Notes: a model not told the origin generated them from the letters alone. A stretch of DNA of 64,000 nucleotides from Desulfatiglandales bacterium (GCA_963662465.1 OY759599.1:736001-800000), one strand, 5' to 3'; positions 29,572-39,665 are shown, numbered from the stretch's first letter. A program made the numbers and translations.

Positions 29572-31377
29572 TTATTCGCCCTGCGCTTGCTCCGCATTCA
29601 AAAAGCAGATGCGCTCAAAGCCCAGGGCCGCCGCCACGAACCTTTTGAGCCGCAGGTCCCGGTATTTGTCCGCCAGCCGGTTTCCGTAGTCCAGGGCCTG
29701 TGCCCTGCCTTTCTCAAGCGCCCGCGCAACCTGGGGCAGCGCATACAGTTCGTTGGAAGACAGGCTTCGAATAGCCTCCTCACTGAGACCCAGGTCCTTG
29801 AGACTCAGAAATTTGAATTCGATCAACACGTCAAAAATGCTCAGGTATCGCTTGTCCGGCCGGATGATCATGGTGAGGTCCGCGTAGCGGCGTTCCAGCT
29901 CCGGTTCCGAATCCATGATATAGAGGATGTCGTTATAGAGCAGCGCCAGAAAAGCGGTCTTGATGGTCAGCTCATTGGCCTGGGCATAATCCCGGTTTTT
30001 GAACACGGTGAAAAGATGGTCCTCCACAAAGGCGCATACCGGCTGGATGTCCCCTTCCTGATAGACCTTTTTAGCCGCCAGCCGACCCCTGTCCCGAATC
30101 ACGGGGTCCGGCAGCATCATGCGTCGCACCCGTTCTATGTACAGGCTTTGCATTACCAGGTTCGGGACCTTCAGGGCGAGTTCCCCCCGGGGCGTCTCGC
30201 CTACCAGGGTCAGCACGCCGAAATAGTAGAGAAACGAGGCGATGAAGGTCCTGTCCCTGGATTGATCGGAAAGCATCTCAGTGAGGCCGAAACGTTTGCT
30301 GATCCTGAGAATGACCACGCTCGCATCCCTTTGGGTCAGTGTGAAGACCATCTCTCGACCTCCCGGAAGATCCGCCGTGTACATAAGCTTGGACTCGTCC
30401 ACGGCCAGGTTGGCGTCCAGCATTTCAGTGGGGTAGGCACATCCGGATTGGAATTCATCAAAGAAATAAAGGCACAGCGTGGGATTGTACACCGGAGTGG
30501 TCTGCTCGGGCGCAAACCGGTAGCCGTTATACCAGGTGCGCATCATCATAAGCGCTTCCCGGGCGTCTTCCTTTTCGAGTCCGCAATCCTCGGCAATGTC
30601 ATATAGCGTCTTTTCCACCTCTTCTTCCCTGAACCCGCAAAGGTCGGCGAACCGGGGGGCAAAAAAAATATCCCTGGCGATGTTGTGTCCGCTGGTGATA
30701 TCGCTCATGACCACCGGCGACACCCCGGTGATGAACACCCGGTCGAACCCGGTTCCGGAGGTGGAGGCTTTTACTACCTTGAACACGGTCTTCAGAAGTC
30801 CTTCATCATGGACCATCGCTTTATATCGGGTGCGGGAATCCAGAGTGGGCAACATCATGATGGTGTTGGCGAAATTGTCGTATTCGTCGATGAGGAGAAA
30901 TACCGGATGGCCGGCACTCAGGGTCACGCCCAGTAAGGACTCGATTGTGGACAAGGCGTCCTCTGGATTGATCCTGGTTCCGGACAAATCAAAACCGTTG
31001 TCTCTGTAATAGCGAACAAAATTTTCGATATGGACGTTGATGTGGTTATATAAAGACCGCTTCACATCCTCGGGTGTGCCGGTGGGGTCCACGCAGGAAA
31101 AATCCAGGCGCAGAATGAAATAGCTGTTTCGCGGGGAAGTAGGGTTGCGGCCGATGGCAAGATGCCCAAAGATCTCATCAAAAGCATCTTTTCGAGCGAT
31201 GTCGTAGTAGTTTTCCAGCATGGACAAGAGCAGACTCTTGCCGAACCGGCGGGGGCGGATAAAGAGCTGGCTCTTTCCCCGTTCCAGCAAAGGAATGGAC
31301 CCGGTGCGATCACAGTAAAAATATCCCTCGGTGATGATTTGTCTGAAATCCGCCATTCCATAGGGAAATTTGATCAT
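29572..31377 (-). CDS. AAA-ATPase-like plus PD-(D/E)XK nuclease domain protein, copy B
   Basis: Same 601-aa architecture as copy A; GGAGG RBS conserved in both copies. Confidence 0.9.
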   Translation of the reverse strand: MIKFPYGMADFRQIITEGYFYCDRTGSIPLLERGKSQLFIRPRRFGKSLLLSMLENYYDIARKDAFDEIFGHLAIGRNPTSPRNSYFILRLDFSCVDPTGTPEDVKRSLYNHINVHIENFVRYYRDNGFDLSGTRINPEDALSTIESLLGVTLSAGHPVFLLIDEYDNFANTIMMLPTLDSRTRYKAMVHDEGLLKTVFKVVKASTSGTGFDRVFITGVSPVVMSDITSGHNIARDIFFAPRFADLCGFREEEVEKTLYDIAEDCGLEKEDAREALMMMRTWYNGYRFAPEQTTPVYNPTLCLYFFDEFQSGCAYPTEMLDANLAVDESKLMYTADLPGGREMVFTLTQRDASVVILRISKRFGLTEMLSDQSRDRTFIASFLYYFGVLTLVGETPRGELALKVPNLVMQSLYIERVRRMMLPDPVIRDRGRLAAKKVYQEGDIQPVCAFVEDHLFTVFKNRDYAQANELTIKTAFLALLYNDILYIMDSEPELERRYADLTMIIRPDKRYLSIFDVLIEFKFLSLKDLGLSEEAIRSLSSNELYALPQVARALEKGRAQALDYGNRLADKYRDLRLKRFVAAALGFERICFLNAEQAQGE

Positions 31378-31417
31378 TGCGTAAAACCCTCCGTGTCCCA
31401 TGGTCCGCATTCTTTGC

Positions 31418-31486
31418 CATGAAAATGCAGCCGTTAGCTATTAGCTGTTAGCCGTTAGCTTAAAAGCGGTGGATGTTATTTTCATG
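31418..31486. repeat. Heptamer tandem repeat enclosed by a 9-bp inverted repeat
   Basis: CATGAAAAT ... AGCCGTT AGCTATT AGCTGTT AGCCGTT AGCT ... ATTTTCATG. Confidence 0.7.
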
Positions 31487-31536
31487 CGCGGGGGCGGTAA
31501 AACCCCTTATCATAGCTGTTTACATTTACAAAGCTT

Positions 31537-32493
31537 TCAGCGTTTTCGCTCCTTAAAGATCAGCTCGGGTTTTTTTGCGAAAACCAGGGTGTCCGGGGGA
31601 ACCGACTCCGTGAGCCACACATTGCCGCCGATGACGGAACGGGCGCCGATGACCGTATCGCCGCCCAGAATGGTGGTCCCGGCATAGACGACCACATCGT
31701 TTTCAAGGGTAGGGTGCCGCTTTTTGTGCGTGAGCTGTTGCACTTCTTCTTTGGGGATGGACATGGCCCCCAGGGTGACGCCCTGGTAAAGGCGGACCCC
31801 GTCGCCGATCTCGGATGTCTCTCCCACCACCACGCCGGTGCCGTGATCGATGAAAAAACGCTCTCCGATATGGGCGCCGGGATGGATATCGATGCCTGTC
31901 CGGCTGTGGGAATATTCGGTCATGATGCGGGGGATCAGGGGAATGCCCATTTCAAAGAGCTGGTGGGCGATTCGGTAGACCGTAACGGCGTAAAGCCCCG
32001 GATAGCTGAAGATGATTTCATCAAAGCTCTTGGCGGCGGGATCGCCTTCCCGTGCGGCACGAATGTCCTTGGCCAGCAGGGTCCGAATTTCCCGCATTTT
32101 TTTACCGAAGTCGATGGCCGCTTCTTCACCCCGTTCCCGACAGAGACTGCAGGGTTGTTCGTAACGGATACAGTCATGGCGGACGGCCAGGGTGATTTGC
32201 TGGGAAAGAATTTCGAAAAATTCGGTGATTTCCTGACCGAAATAGTAACCCAGGGTGACCTCGTCCACCCGTTTTGAGATAAAATAACCCGGATAGAGAA
32301 TGCGAAAGGCCCGGTGCAGGAGATCGATGATGGCTTCCCTGGAGCTGATGGGTTCCAGGCCCACGTGATCAAAGCAATCCTCGCGACTGCAGGACATCAC
32401 CAGTTCATCGACGATGCCGGGAATCTCCTTTCGAAACTTGCGGGATGTCTTGATTTCAATTTCACATTGCCGGCGTTTCAGTTCGGCATCCAC
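31537..32493 (-). CDS. cysE: Serine O-acetyltransferase
   Basis: GDPAAKSFDEIIFSYPG, TGIDIHPGA, FIDHGTGVVVGET, QGVTLG and KRHPTL motifs. Confidence 0.93.
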   Translation of the reverse strand: MDAELKRRQCEIEIKTSRKFRKEIPGIVDELVMSCSREDCFDHVGLEPISSREAIIDLLHRAFRILYPGYFISKRVDEVTLGYYFGQEITEFFEILSQQITLAVRHDCIRYEQPCSLCRERGEEAAIDFGKKMREIRTLLAKDIRAAREGDPAAKSFDEIIFSYPGLYAVTVYRIAHQLFEMGIPLIPRIMTEYSHSRTGIDIHPGAHIGERFFIDHGTGVVVGETSEIGDGVRLYQGVTLGAMSIPKEEVQQLTHKKRHPTLENDVVVYAGTTILGGDTVIGARSVIGGNVWLTESVPPDTLVFAKKPELIFKERKR

Positions 32494-32508
32494 TGGTTAT
32501 CTCCCTTT

Positions 32509-33702
32509 TCAAAACGGCATTTTATCGGCGCCGCAAGACTTTGCTTTTTCTTCCCAGTACGGGGAAAGCGCCCGCAGTTTTTCGATGATGGGGGGAAGGG
32601 TTTCCACCACAAAATCGATTTCTTCTTCCGTGTTGTAAATGCTCAGGCTGAACCGTATGGAGCCATGGGCCATGGTAAAGGGAACTCCCATGGCGCGCAG
32701 TACATGGGACGGTTGCAGGGACCCCGATGTGCAGGCGGAGCCCGATGAGGCGCAGATGCCGTAACCATCCATCTGAAGCAGAATGGCTTCCCCTTCGATG
32801 AATTCAAAACTGATATTGCTGGTATTGGGAAGGCGAGGGGCCTTTCCTCCGTTGACCATGGCATTGGGAACGGCGTTGAGAATTCCCCGTTCCAGCTTAT
32901 CGCGAAGATCTTTCACCCGCGTGTTTTCCTCTTCCATGTGTTCCAGGGCCAGCTGACAGGCTTTCCCGAGGCCGATGACGCCGGCGGTGTTTTCCGTACC
33001 GCCCCGCCGCCCCATCTCCTGGTGGCCGCCGATGATGAAGGGGGCAAAGGGAACGCCTTTTCGGATATAGAGGATTCCCACGCCCTTGGGCCCATGAAGC
33101 TTGTGACCGGACAGGGAGAGCATGTCCATATGGCTGTCTTTCAGGTTAATGGGAATTTTGCCTACTGCCTGAACCCCATCCGAATGAAACAGGATGCCGC
33201 GCTCTTTGGCAAGGGCCGCAGCCGCTTCCACCGGGAAAATGACGCCTGTTTCGTTGTTGCCCCACATGATGGTGGCAATGGCCGTATCCGGCGTAAGGCT
33301 TTCCTCGTAGACCGCCATGTCCAGGTTTCCGTCTTTGTCCACTGGGATTTCGGTAATCCGGTAACCGTTTTGGGCCAGATGGTCGCAAAAGGATTTAATG
33401 GCCGGATGCTCCACCCGGCTGGTGACAATGTGGCGTTTGTCGGGGTTTAGTTGGAGCGCGGACCGTATGGCGGCGTTGTTGCTCTCCGATCCGCAACTGG
33501 TAAAGAGGATTTCGCCCGGCTCAACCCCCAAAAGCGCGGCTGTGCGTTCACGGGCTTCACGGATCTTTCTGCCCACCTGCCCGCCGAAGGTATGGGCACT
33601 GGATGGGTTGCCGTATAATTCAGTGAAATAGGGCTGCATTTCCGCCAGCACTTCGGGGGCTACCCGGGTCGTGGCATTGTTGTCCAGATAGATCGTTTTC
33701 AT
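32509..33702 (-). CDS. nifS: Cysteine desulfurase NifS
   Basis: YLDNNATT, SGHKLHGPKG PLP-lysine and SSGSACTSGSLQPSHVL catalytic Cys. Confidence 0.95.
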   Translation of the reverse strand: MKTIYLDNNATTRVAPEVLAEMQPYFTELYGNPSSAHTFGGQVGRKIREARERTAALLGVEPGEILFTSCGSESNNAAIRSALQLNPDKRHIVTSRVEHPAIKSFCDHLAQNGYRITEIPVDKDGNLDMAVYEESLTPDTAIATIMWGNNETGVIFPVEAAAALAKERGILFHSDGVQAVGKIPINLKDSHMDMLSLSGHKLHGPKGVGILYIRKGVPFAPFIIGGHQEMGRRGGTENTAGVIGLGKACQLALEHMEEENTRVKDLRDKLERGILNAVPNAMVNGGKAPRLPNTSNISFEFIEGEAILLQMDGYGICASSGSACTSGSLQPSHVLRAMGVPFTMAHGSIRFSLSIYNTEEEIDFVVETLPPIIEKLRALSPYWEEKAKSCGADKMPF

Positions 33703-34523
33703 TGGGTCACCTCCTCAACCACCAGTTCCGGCCACACCATTTCTCTCAGCTTTGCTTCTACAAAATTCTTAAGGGTTTGCTGGGAGGCTTTACATACCGC
33801 GCAACTTCCCTGCATTTTCACCAGGACCCGGTTGCCGATGACGTCCACCAGCTCGATGTTGCCGCCGTCCTGCTTCAGGGAAGGACTGATTTCATTAGAA
33901 ATGGTTTCTTCAATCTTTTTGATTTTCTGCATGTTGGAAAGCTGTGGCCGAACAGGCGCCTTTTCCTCTCCCCGCACCTTTTCGATAATTTTTTTGATGG
34001 CATCGTGGCAGTTTTCACAACCGCCCCCGGCCTTGGTGTAGTTGGTGACGTCTTCGATGGTCAAAAGATTGTTGGCCCTGACCGCCCCTTCGATTTCCAG
34101 GTCCGTAATACCGAAACATTCACAGACGATTTCCCCTTCTTTTTCCGGAACAACTTCCCCTTTGTAATAGGCGATGGCTTCCGTCAGGGCCTGTTGACCC
34201 AGGACGGAACAGTGCATTTTTTCCTTGGGGAGCCCGCCCAGGTAATCGGCGATGTCCTCGTTGGTTAGTTTTTCCGCCTCTTCAATGGTTTTGCCCTTGA
34301 TCATTTCCGTGAGGGCTGAAGACGAGGCAATGGCGCTGGCGCACCCGAAGGTTTTGAATTTAGCATCGATGATTTTGCCGTTATCATCTGTTTTGAAGGT
34401 GAGCTTAAGGGCATCGCCGCAAGACATGGAACCGACCTCGGCAACGCCTTGAGCGTCTTCCACCTCGCCTACATTCCTTGGATTCAGAAAATGTTCCTTG
34501 ACCTTATCGGTGTATTCCCACAT
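33699..34523 (-). CDS. nifU: Fe-S cluster assembly scaffold NifU
   Basis: MWEYTDKVKEHFLNPRN IscU domain, CECFG...GGGCENC BFD-like domain, DGGNIELVD...GSCAVC Nfu domain. Confidence 0.95.
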   Translation of the reverse strand: MWEYTDKVKEHFLNPRNVGEVEDAQGVAEVGSMSCGDALKLTFKTDDNGKIIDAKFKTFGCASAIASSSALTEMIKGKTIEEAEKLTNEDIADYLGGLPKEKMHCSVLGQQALTEAIAYYKGEVVPEKEGEIVCECFGITDLEIEGAVRANNLLTIEDVTNYTKAGGGCENCHDAIKKIIEKVRGEEKAPVRPQLSNMQKIKKIEETISNEISPSLKQDGGNIELVDVIGNRVLVKMQGSCAVCKASQQTLKNFVEAKLREMVWPELVVEEVTQ

Positions 34524-34714
34524 GGGGCCCTCCTTAGGTTGGAAGAAAGTTTTAATATTTCTCTGATGTATAACATGAAAAGGGGTTCTGCTCAATACCG
34601 AACTATATTCTTGAAGACTTCCCGTTTTTTATATATTAATTCAGAAATAGCGTAGCTCGAATACGCATTAAACGGTTTTGTAAACCGCTGAGAAAACTAG
34701 TGGAGGCGAAAAAA

Positions 34715-37087
34715 ATGACGTTTCAGATCGCACTGGTATTGTCCATTTTAGGCTTGGCCGTCGTCTTTCTGGTGACCGAGTGGATGCCCATGGAGGTTGT
34801 GGCCCTCCTGGTTCTGGGAAGTTTGGCGGTAACCGGTCTGGTGAACCCCACCGATGCCCTTGCGGGATTCAGCAATCCCGCGGTGGTTACGGTTTGGGCG
34901 GTATTTATCCTGAGCGGCGGGCTTACTCGGACCGGCGTGGGGAACATCATCGGCAATCGGGTGGCGAAACTGGCCGGTGGAAACGATACGCTGCTGGTGA
35001 TGATCGTCATGGTTATTGCCGGTCTCCTGTCCGCTTTTATGAACAACGTGGCTGTGGCGGCCCTCATGCTCCCGGTTGTCATGGATATTTGCAGAAATAC
35101 GGAGCGGAGCCCGTCTACCCTGTTGCTGCCGCTGGCTTACGGTTCCCTGCTGGGAGGGTTGTTAACCCAGATCGGAACCCCGCCCAATATCCTGGTGAGC
35201 GCATTGCTTCAAGAGAACCATCTGAAGCCCTTTGGGCTTTTTGATTTCACCCCCGTGGGCAGTTTTATATTTGTCATCGGCGTTCTGTTCATGACCTTTG
35301 TGGGACGCCGCATGTTGCCCAAACACGATTTTTTGAAAGATACCGAGGGTCTCCTCGAATCCAATCTGGATTCCCAGTACAGCATGGAGGACAGCATCTT
35401 TCGCGTCCGGGTGCCGATGACGTCTCCCCTGGCGGGGAAAACCCTGGCTGAAACGCGCATGGGCACGGTGCTGGGCATGGATGTGATGGGCATTACCAGG
35501 GAAAATAAGAGTCTTCTGGCCCCGGATCCTCGGGAACAGCTGCATGCGGGGGATCTTCTCGTGGTCAAGGGGCTTCGGGAACGGCTGAATGAGTTGCGGT
35601 TATGGGAGGCGCTTATCCTTCAAATCAAGGGCGTCCGAATAGAGGAAGTCTTTTCAAAGGAGATTGCGTTGCGCGAAGTGACTCTGGGCCGGGAATCATT
35701 CATGAATGGAAAGACCTTGAACGAAGTGGACTTTCGAAACCGGTTTGAGGCCATGGTACTCGCCATTCGTCGCGATAAAACCATTCGAAGGACCAGTCTT
35801 CAGGATGATGTGCTTCAAGAAGGAGACCGGCTACTGATCCAGGGAAGGAAAGAGGATATTCAAGCCCTTTGCGGGGAAACGGGGTTCGAGGTCTGCGAAG
35901 CCGTTTTGCAGGATCATTTGAACGCCCATTACCACCTGGACGAACGTCTGATGCGCCTGACCATTCCCTTGGATTCGCCCGTGGGGGGCAAAACATTAAA
36001 AGACAGCCGTCTGGCCGAAGTTCTGGGGATGAGGGTACTCTGCATCATTCGCGGCGACGGCGCCGTTCAAATGCCCGATGCCATGGAAATCCTTCAACCG
36101 AAGGACCAATTGGTGATGGAAGGCCATATGGGGGCGCTTGAGATTCTTAAAGGATTTCAAACCCTGGAAGTGGTGGGCGGAGAAAGGCCTGCTTTGAAAA
36201 CGCTGGTGTCGGATAAAATCGGTCTGGTTGAAACCATTTTGTCCCCCCATTCCACCCTGGCTGGAAAAAGTCTTCGGCGCCTTCATTTCAGAGAGAAATT
36301 CGGACTCAATGTTCTGGCTGTTTGGCGCCGGGGGAACGTCTATGCCGGCAATTTGCGGGATATGGCCCTGGACTTTGGGGATGCGTTATTATTGCATGGC
36401 CCCAGGGAAAAGCTGCGCGTGCTGGGACAGGAGCCCGATTTTATCGTACTGACGCAATCGGCCCAGGAACTCCCACGAATGGAAAAGGCCCCCCTGTCTT
36501 CCATCCTTATGGCGGCTACCTTTGTTCCCGTTATTCTGGGGTGGATTCCCATCTATATCGCTACCGTGATCGGCGCGGCCCTGATGGTGCTGTTTCGATG
36601 CTTGACCATGGAAGAGGCTTATCGGGCCATTGAGTGGAAGGCCGTATTTCTCATTGCGGGCATGTTCCCTCTGGGAACGGCTCTGGATCAGTCGGGGGCC
36701 GCCAAATTCCTGGCGGAAGGCGTGGTCGCCTCGGTGGGGCCACTGGGGCCCACGGCGGTCATGCTGGCCCTGTTGCTGTTGACTTTCCTGGCCACCTGTT
36801 TTATTCCCACGGCGGCCCTGGTGTTATTGCTGGCGCCAATTATCCTGAACACCAGTCAGCAGATGGGCGTCACGCCCTACGGGTTCATGATGGCCATGGC
36901 CATGGCGGCATCCGCCAGCTTCATGACCCCCATTTCTCACCCGGCCAACCTCCTGGTGATGGGACCCGGCGGATATCGCTTTAAAGATTACATCAAGGTG
37001 GGTGGGCTTCTGACGCTGGTGGTCCTGGTGATCATCATGGTGGTGGTGCCTCTGTTCTGGCCTCTCACCCCTTTGCCCGGGCGGTAA
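34715..37087 (+). CDS. SLC13/DASS family permease with multiple TrkA-C domains
   Basis: GFSNPAV, SAFMNN, IGTPPN, repeated SxLxGKTL TrkA-C units, SFMTPISHPANLLVMGPGGYRFKDY. Confidence 0.9.
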   Translation: MTFQIALVLSILGLAVVFLVTEWMPMEVVALLVLGSLAVTGLVNPTDALAGFSNPAVVTVWAVFILSGGLTRTGVGNIIGNRVAKLAGGNDTLLVMIVMVIAGLLSAFMNNVAVAALMLPVVMDICRNTERSPSTLLLPLAYGSLLGGLLTQIGTPPNILVSALLQENHLKPFGLFDFTPVGSFIFVIGVLFMTFVGRRMLPKHDFLKDTEGLLESNLDSQYSMEDSIFRVRVPMTSPLAGKTLAETRMGTVLGMDVMGITRENKSLLAPDPREQLHAGDLLVVKGLRERLNELRLWEALILQIKGVRIEEVFSKEIALREVTLGRESFMNGKTLNEVDFRNRFEAMVLAIRRDKTIRRTSLQDDVLQEGDRLLIQGRKEDIQALCGETGFEVCEAVLQDHLNAHYHLDERLMRLTIPLDSPVGGKTLKDSRLAEVLGMRVLCIIRGDGAVQMPDAMEILQPKDQLVMEGHMGALEILKGFQTLEVVGGERPALKTLVSDKIGLVETILSPHSTLAGKSLRRLHFREKFGLNVLAVWRRGNVYAGNLRDMALDFGDALLLHGPREKLRVLGQEPDFIVLTQSAQELPRMEKAPLSSILMAATFVPVILGWIPIYIATVIGAALMVLFRCLTMEEAYRAIEWKAVFLIAGMFPLGTALDQSGAAKFLAEGVVASVGPLGPTAVMLALLLLTFLATCFIPTAALVLLLAPIILNTSQQMGVTPYGFMMAMAMAASASFMTPISHPANLLVMGPGGYRFKDYIKVGGLLTLVVLVIIMVVVPLFWPLTPLPGR

Positions 37088-37265
37088 CATGTTCAGGTGC
37101 TAGTGAGATTATCGTTATACCGCTAAAGAATAAGTTGTTAACTTTGTTGCCATAATGATATAAAATTGTTATAGAATAAACAAAAATACAGCAATATTAT
37201 TTCAATCGAAGCAGAGGTATAAAGTCTTGAGGTTGCCAGATGTTGCTAGGCGTATCCGTAGACGT

Positions 37266-37385
37266 CATACGGCAGATATTACAGTTCAGGGAACAGAGGG
37301 GCGGCGGGCTGTTGTGAGAACAGGGTGGCTTGTTTCTCATGAAATAAAAGAAGCGCATCTTGTAACGCTTTATGTGAAAAAATAG
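37266..37385 (+). pseudogene. C-terminal remnant of a DUF6883-like gene
   Basis: HTADITVQGTEGRRAVVRTGWLVSHEIKEAHLVTLYVKK* ends 9 nt before the DUF4926 gene, its usual partner; no start codon. Confidence 0.55.
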
Positions 37386-37394
37386 GGTAAGCAA

Positions 37395-37727
37395 ATGCCA
37401 AAAATTGGTGATATAATCGAACTAATAAAAGACATTCCGAAAAGAAATCTACGTTCGGGAGTCAGGGGTACAATTGTTCATTGCCATAACGATGAGGTCT
37501 ATGAAACCGAATTTGCAGATGAAAACGGCGAAACCATTGATTTCCTAGCCTTGAATTCGAAACAGTTTATTGTCGTATGGCGTATTGAAACGCGGAAATG
37601 GGTTCCGATAGCTGAACAGACTGCGGATTTAATTGCCAACCTGCCTGATGAAACGGCAAAAGAGATATTGGACTTTGCACGTTTTCTGTCTGCACGCATC
37701 CCCGTTCAGGCGTCTGCAACTCTTTAA
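37395..37727 (+). CDS. DUF4926 domain protein with DUF2281-like C-terminal helix
   Basis: GDIIELIKDIPKRNLRSGVRGTIVH...YETEFADENGET; tail IANLPDETAKEILDFARFL. Confidence 0.78.
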   Translation: MPKIGDIIELIKDIPKRNLRSGVRGTIVHCHNDEVYETEFADENGETIDFLALNSKQFIVVWRIETRKWVPIAEQTADLIANLPDETAKEILDFARFLSARIPVQASATL

Positions 37728-37809
37728 AAACAGTTCGAAAAGCGGTATAATAATGGAGTTCCGGGGACACCTTACTTAATTATAACCAAAAAATACACTG
37801 GATAAACCA

Positions 37810-38118
37810 GTGATTTTCTCGTTGGGAACAATAGGCCTTGTTACGGATTTAGCATTTAAAATGACACCTTATTCAAAATACAGATTAAAACTCAGAAGCC
37901 TTACTAAACATCAACAGAAGGTCGATGATGAAAATATGTGGGACCGATGCAATACCATTAGCGATGAAAAAGTATTGTCCACTCTTGGTATCAACACCAT
38001 TAACAAAAATATTCGCGCAGAATTAAATGAAAGATCAGAATTAGTTTTGAAGTATTTAGGTGTTTTAATCGGGGTTATCGGAGCTTTTACAGGGTTATTT
38101 GCTGTAATATTACATTAA
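37810..38118 (+). CDS. AT-rich hypothetical membrane protein, possibly 5'-truncated
   Basis: 102-aa ORF with C-terminal TM; markedly AT-rich compared with its flanks. Confidence 0.4.
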   Translation: MIFSLGTIGLVTDLAFKMTPYSKYRLKLRSLTKHQQKVDDENMWDRCNTISDEKVLSTLGINTINKNIRAELNERSELVLKYLGVLIGVIGAFTGLFAVILH

Positions 38119-38222
38119 TGAAAAGCATACGTATCAGTCCTATACAATTCCTAGATATGCTATTTACCTAAATGATTCCCAACAACACCTTTCACAAAGA
38201 AGAGAGGAGATCAAAAAATACC

Positions 38223-38993
38223 ATGCGCGTGATGACGTTTAACCTCCGTTTTGAAAATGACCAGGATGGCGGCAACAGCTGGGCCAACCGGCGACATTGG
38301 GTGATAGCGCTGGTTGAGCAATATGCCCCCGCAATTCTGGGAACACAGGAAGGGCGTCCGTCCCAGTTGGACTATCTTGAAAAACGACTTTCCGACTACC
38401 GGATGCATGCACCGGCCCGAGTATGGGACGACACCTGCCAGTATCCCACACTCTTTTTTCGGAAAGATGGTTTTCGGAAACTGGATGGAGCGGAATTCTG
38501 GCTTTCAAAAACGCGGAAAATTCATCGCAGCATGGATTGGGACAGTGCCTTTCCCCGCATGATCAGTATTTTAAGGCTGGAAACCAAAAATTCCTCACGG
38601 ATCTTCAGCGTGGCTGTTACCCATTTGGATCATATGGGCTCAAAAGCGCGTTTAGAGCAGGCCAAAATCATCGCTGAGTGGGTTCGAAAGCAGTCCGATC
38701 CGGTGATCCTCATGGGGGATTTCAATGATGGCCCCGACTCGAAAGCGCATGGTTTACTGGTGGACGGGACTACGGGGCTCACGGATTCCTGGCAGGTTCT
38801 GCACCGCCCGGAGGGAAAACAGAGCTTTACCCACCATGGGTTTACCGGCATTCCCCATGAGGACAGAATAGACTGGATATTGACAACCACGCCGCCGCAC
38901 GTTGTGGATGCCCGGATTGTTCATGATCAATTTGATGGGCGGTATGCATCAGATCATTTTCCCTATTATGTTGATTTGACGTGGGATGTTTAA
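38223..38993 (+). CDS. Endonuclease/exonuclease/phosphatase (EEP) family protein
   Basis: MTFNLR, GTQE, THLDH, MGDFN, IDWI and SDHFP motifs. Confidence 0.9.
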   Translation: MRVMTFNLRFENDQDGGNSWANRRHWVIALVEQYAPAILGTQEGRPSQLDYLEKRLSDYRMHAPARVWDDTCQYPTLFFRKDGFRKLDGAEFWLSKTRKIHRSMDWDSAFPRMISILRLETKNSSRIFSVAVTHLDHMGSKARLEQAKIIAEWVRKQSDPVILMGDFNDGPDSKAHGLLVDGTTGLTDSWQVLHRPEGKQSFTHHGFTGIPHEDRIDWILTTTPPHVVDARIVHDQFDGRYASDHFPYYVDLTWDV

Positions 38994-39101
38994 ACCCTCA
39001 CCGAAAATGCCATTTGACAATCAACCTTAAAAAATGGGATTTGCCTTTCCGGAAATGAGTGAATCCTTGGGAGCAGCGAATTTTCAGTAATGAGGACGAC
39101 G

Positions 39102-39665
39102 ATGGTAAATTTTAAGTTCGACCACCTTTTCAAACTACGGCTCACAGTCGCCCGTTTCGGTGAAATGGACAACGCCCGCTGGTGGAACACGAAAGGAATC
39201 ATGGGCCGATATGGCGCCCTCACATTGAGTCGTGGGTTTCCCAAAACCCATCGATTTGCGCAAGCCAAAATCACCTTTGCCGTTGCCGCTCACCGATGTA
39301 AAGAGATATATGCTTATCCAGGCGCCGTTACCCTATGGGATTTACCGCCTGAGATCGAAGATCGGTTTCAGGAGAAATGGCATGAATGGCTGGATGATAT
39401 CGATCATTGGACTCCTTTTTTCCAATCCCTGGAACACATATCAGGCATGGAACTTCTGGATCTTTTGACGCAGCAGGGTCTGATCAATCCGGAGCAGGTC
39501 GAAATGGCGCAGAAACTGCGACGGTCGTCCGAGGGCCGGTCGGTCCGGATTTCCGCCTGCGAATCCCTGGATGATGAGGCCCTGTCCCTGCTGGCGGCGG
39601 GATTCTTCAGAGGGGAGCAGGGCAAGCCGGCGGTACCCTATTTGCCCTTGACCACCAACTCGTAA
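39102..39665 (+). CDS. brxE: BrxE family protein
   Basis: LFKLRLTVARFGEMDNARWWNT...FPKTHRFAQAK..FAVA..RC...TLWDLP...AVPY pattern of the BrxE family; first gene of the BREX operon. Confidence 0.8.
   Translation: MVNFKFDHLFKLRLTVARFGEMDNARWWNTKGIMGRYGALTLSRGFPKTHRFAQAKITFAVAAHRCKEIYAYPGAVTLWDLPPEIEDRFQEKWHEWLDDIDHWTPFFQSLEHISGMELLDLLTQQGLINPEQVEMAQKLRRSSEGRSVRISACESLDDEALSLLAAGFFRGEQGKPAVPYLPLTTNS

Larger units (their letters stand above)
27714..31396. repeat. Direct tandem duplication with 1854-bp period
   Basis: The two genes and their RBS regions are nearly identical at nucleotide level, offset by 1854 bp, except at 29059-29181 versus 30913-31035. Confidence 0.92.

Noticed and set aside
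28162..30606. Long + strand ORFs (196 aa, 506 aa) over the AAA genes
   Set aside because: Antisense shadows of the duplicated minus-strand genes
27718..31377. Diversity-generating retroelement explanation for the variable block
   Set aside because: No reverse transcriptase in the window; differences are not adenine-specific and both copies are full coding genes
31537..34523. nifU/nifS as a sign of nitrogen fixation
   Set aside because: NIF-type Fe-S assembly with cysE is a normal housekeeping system in anaerobes; no nitrogenase genes here
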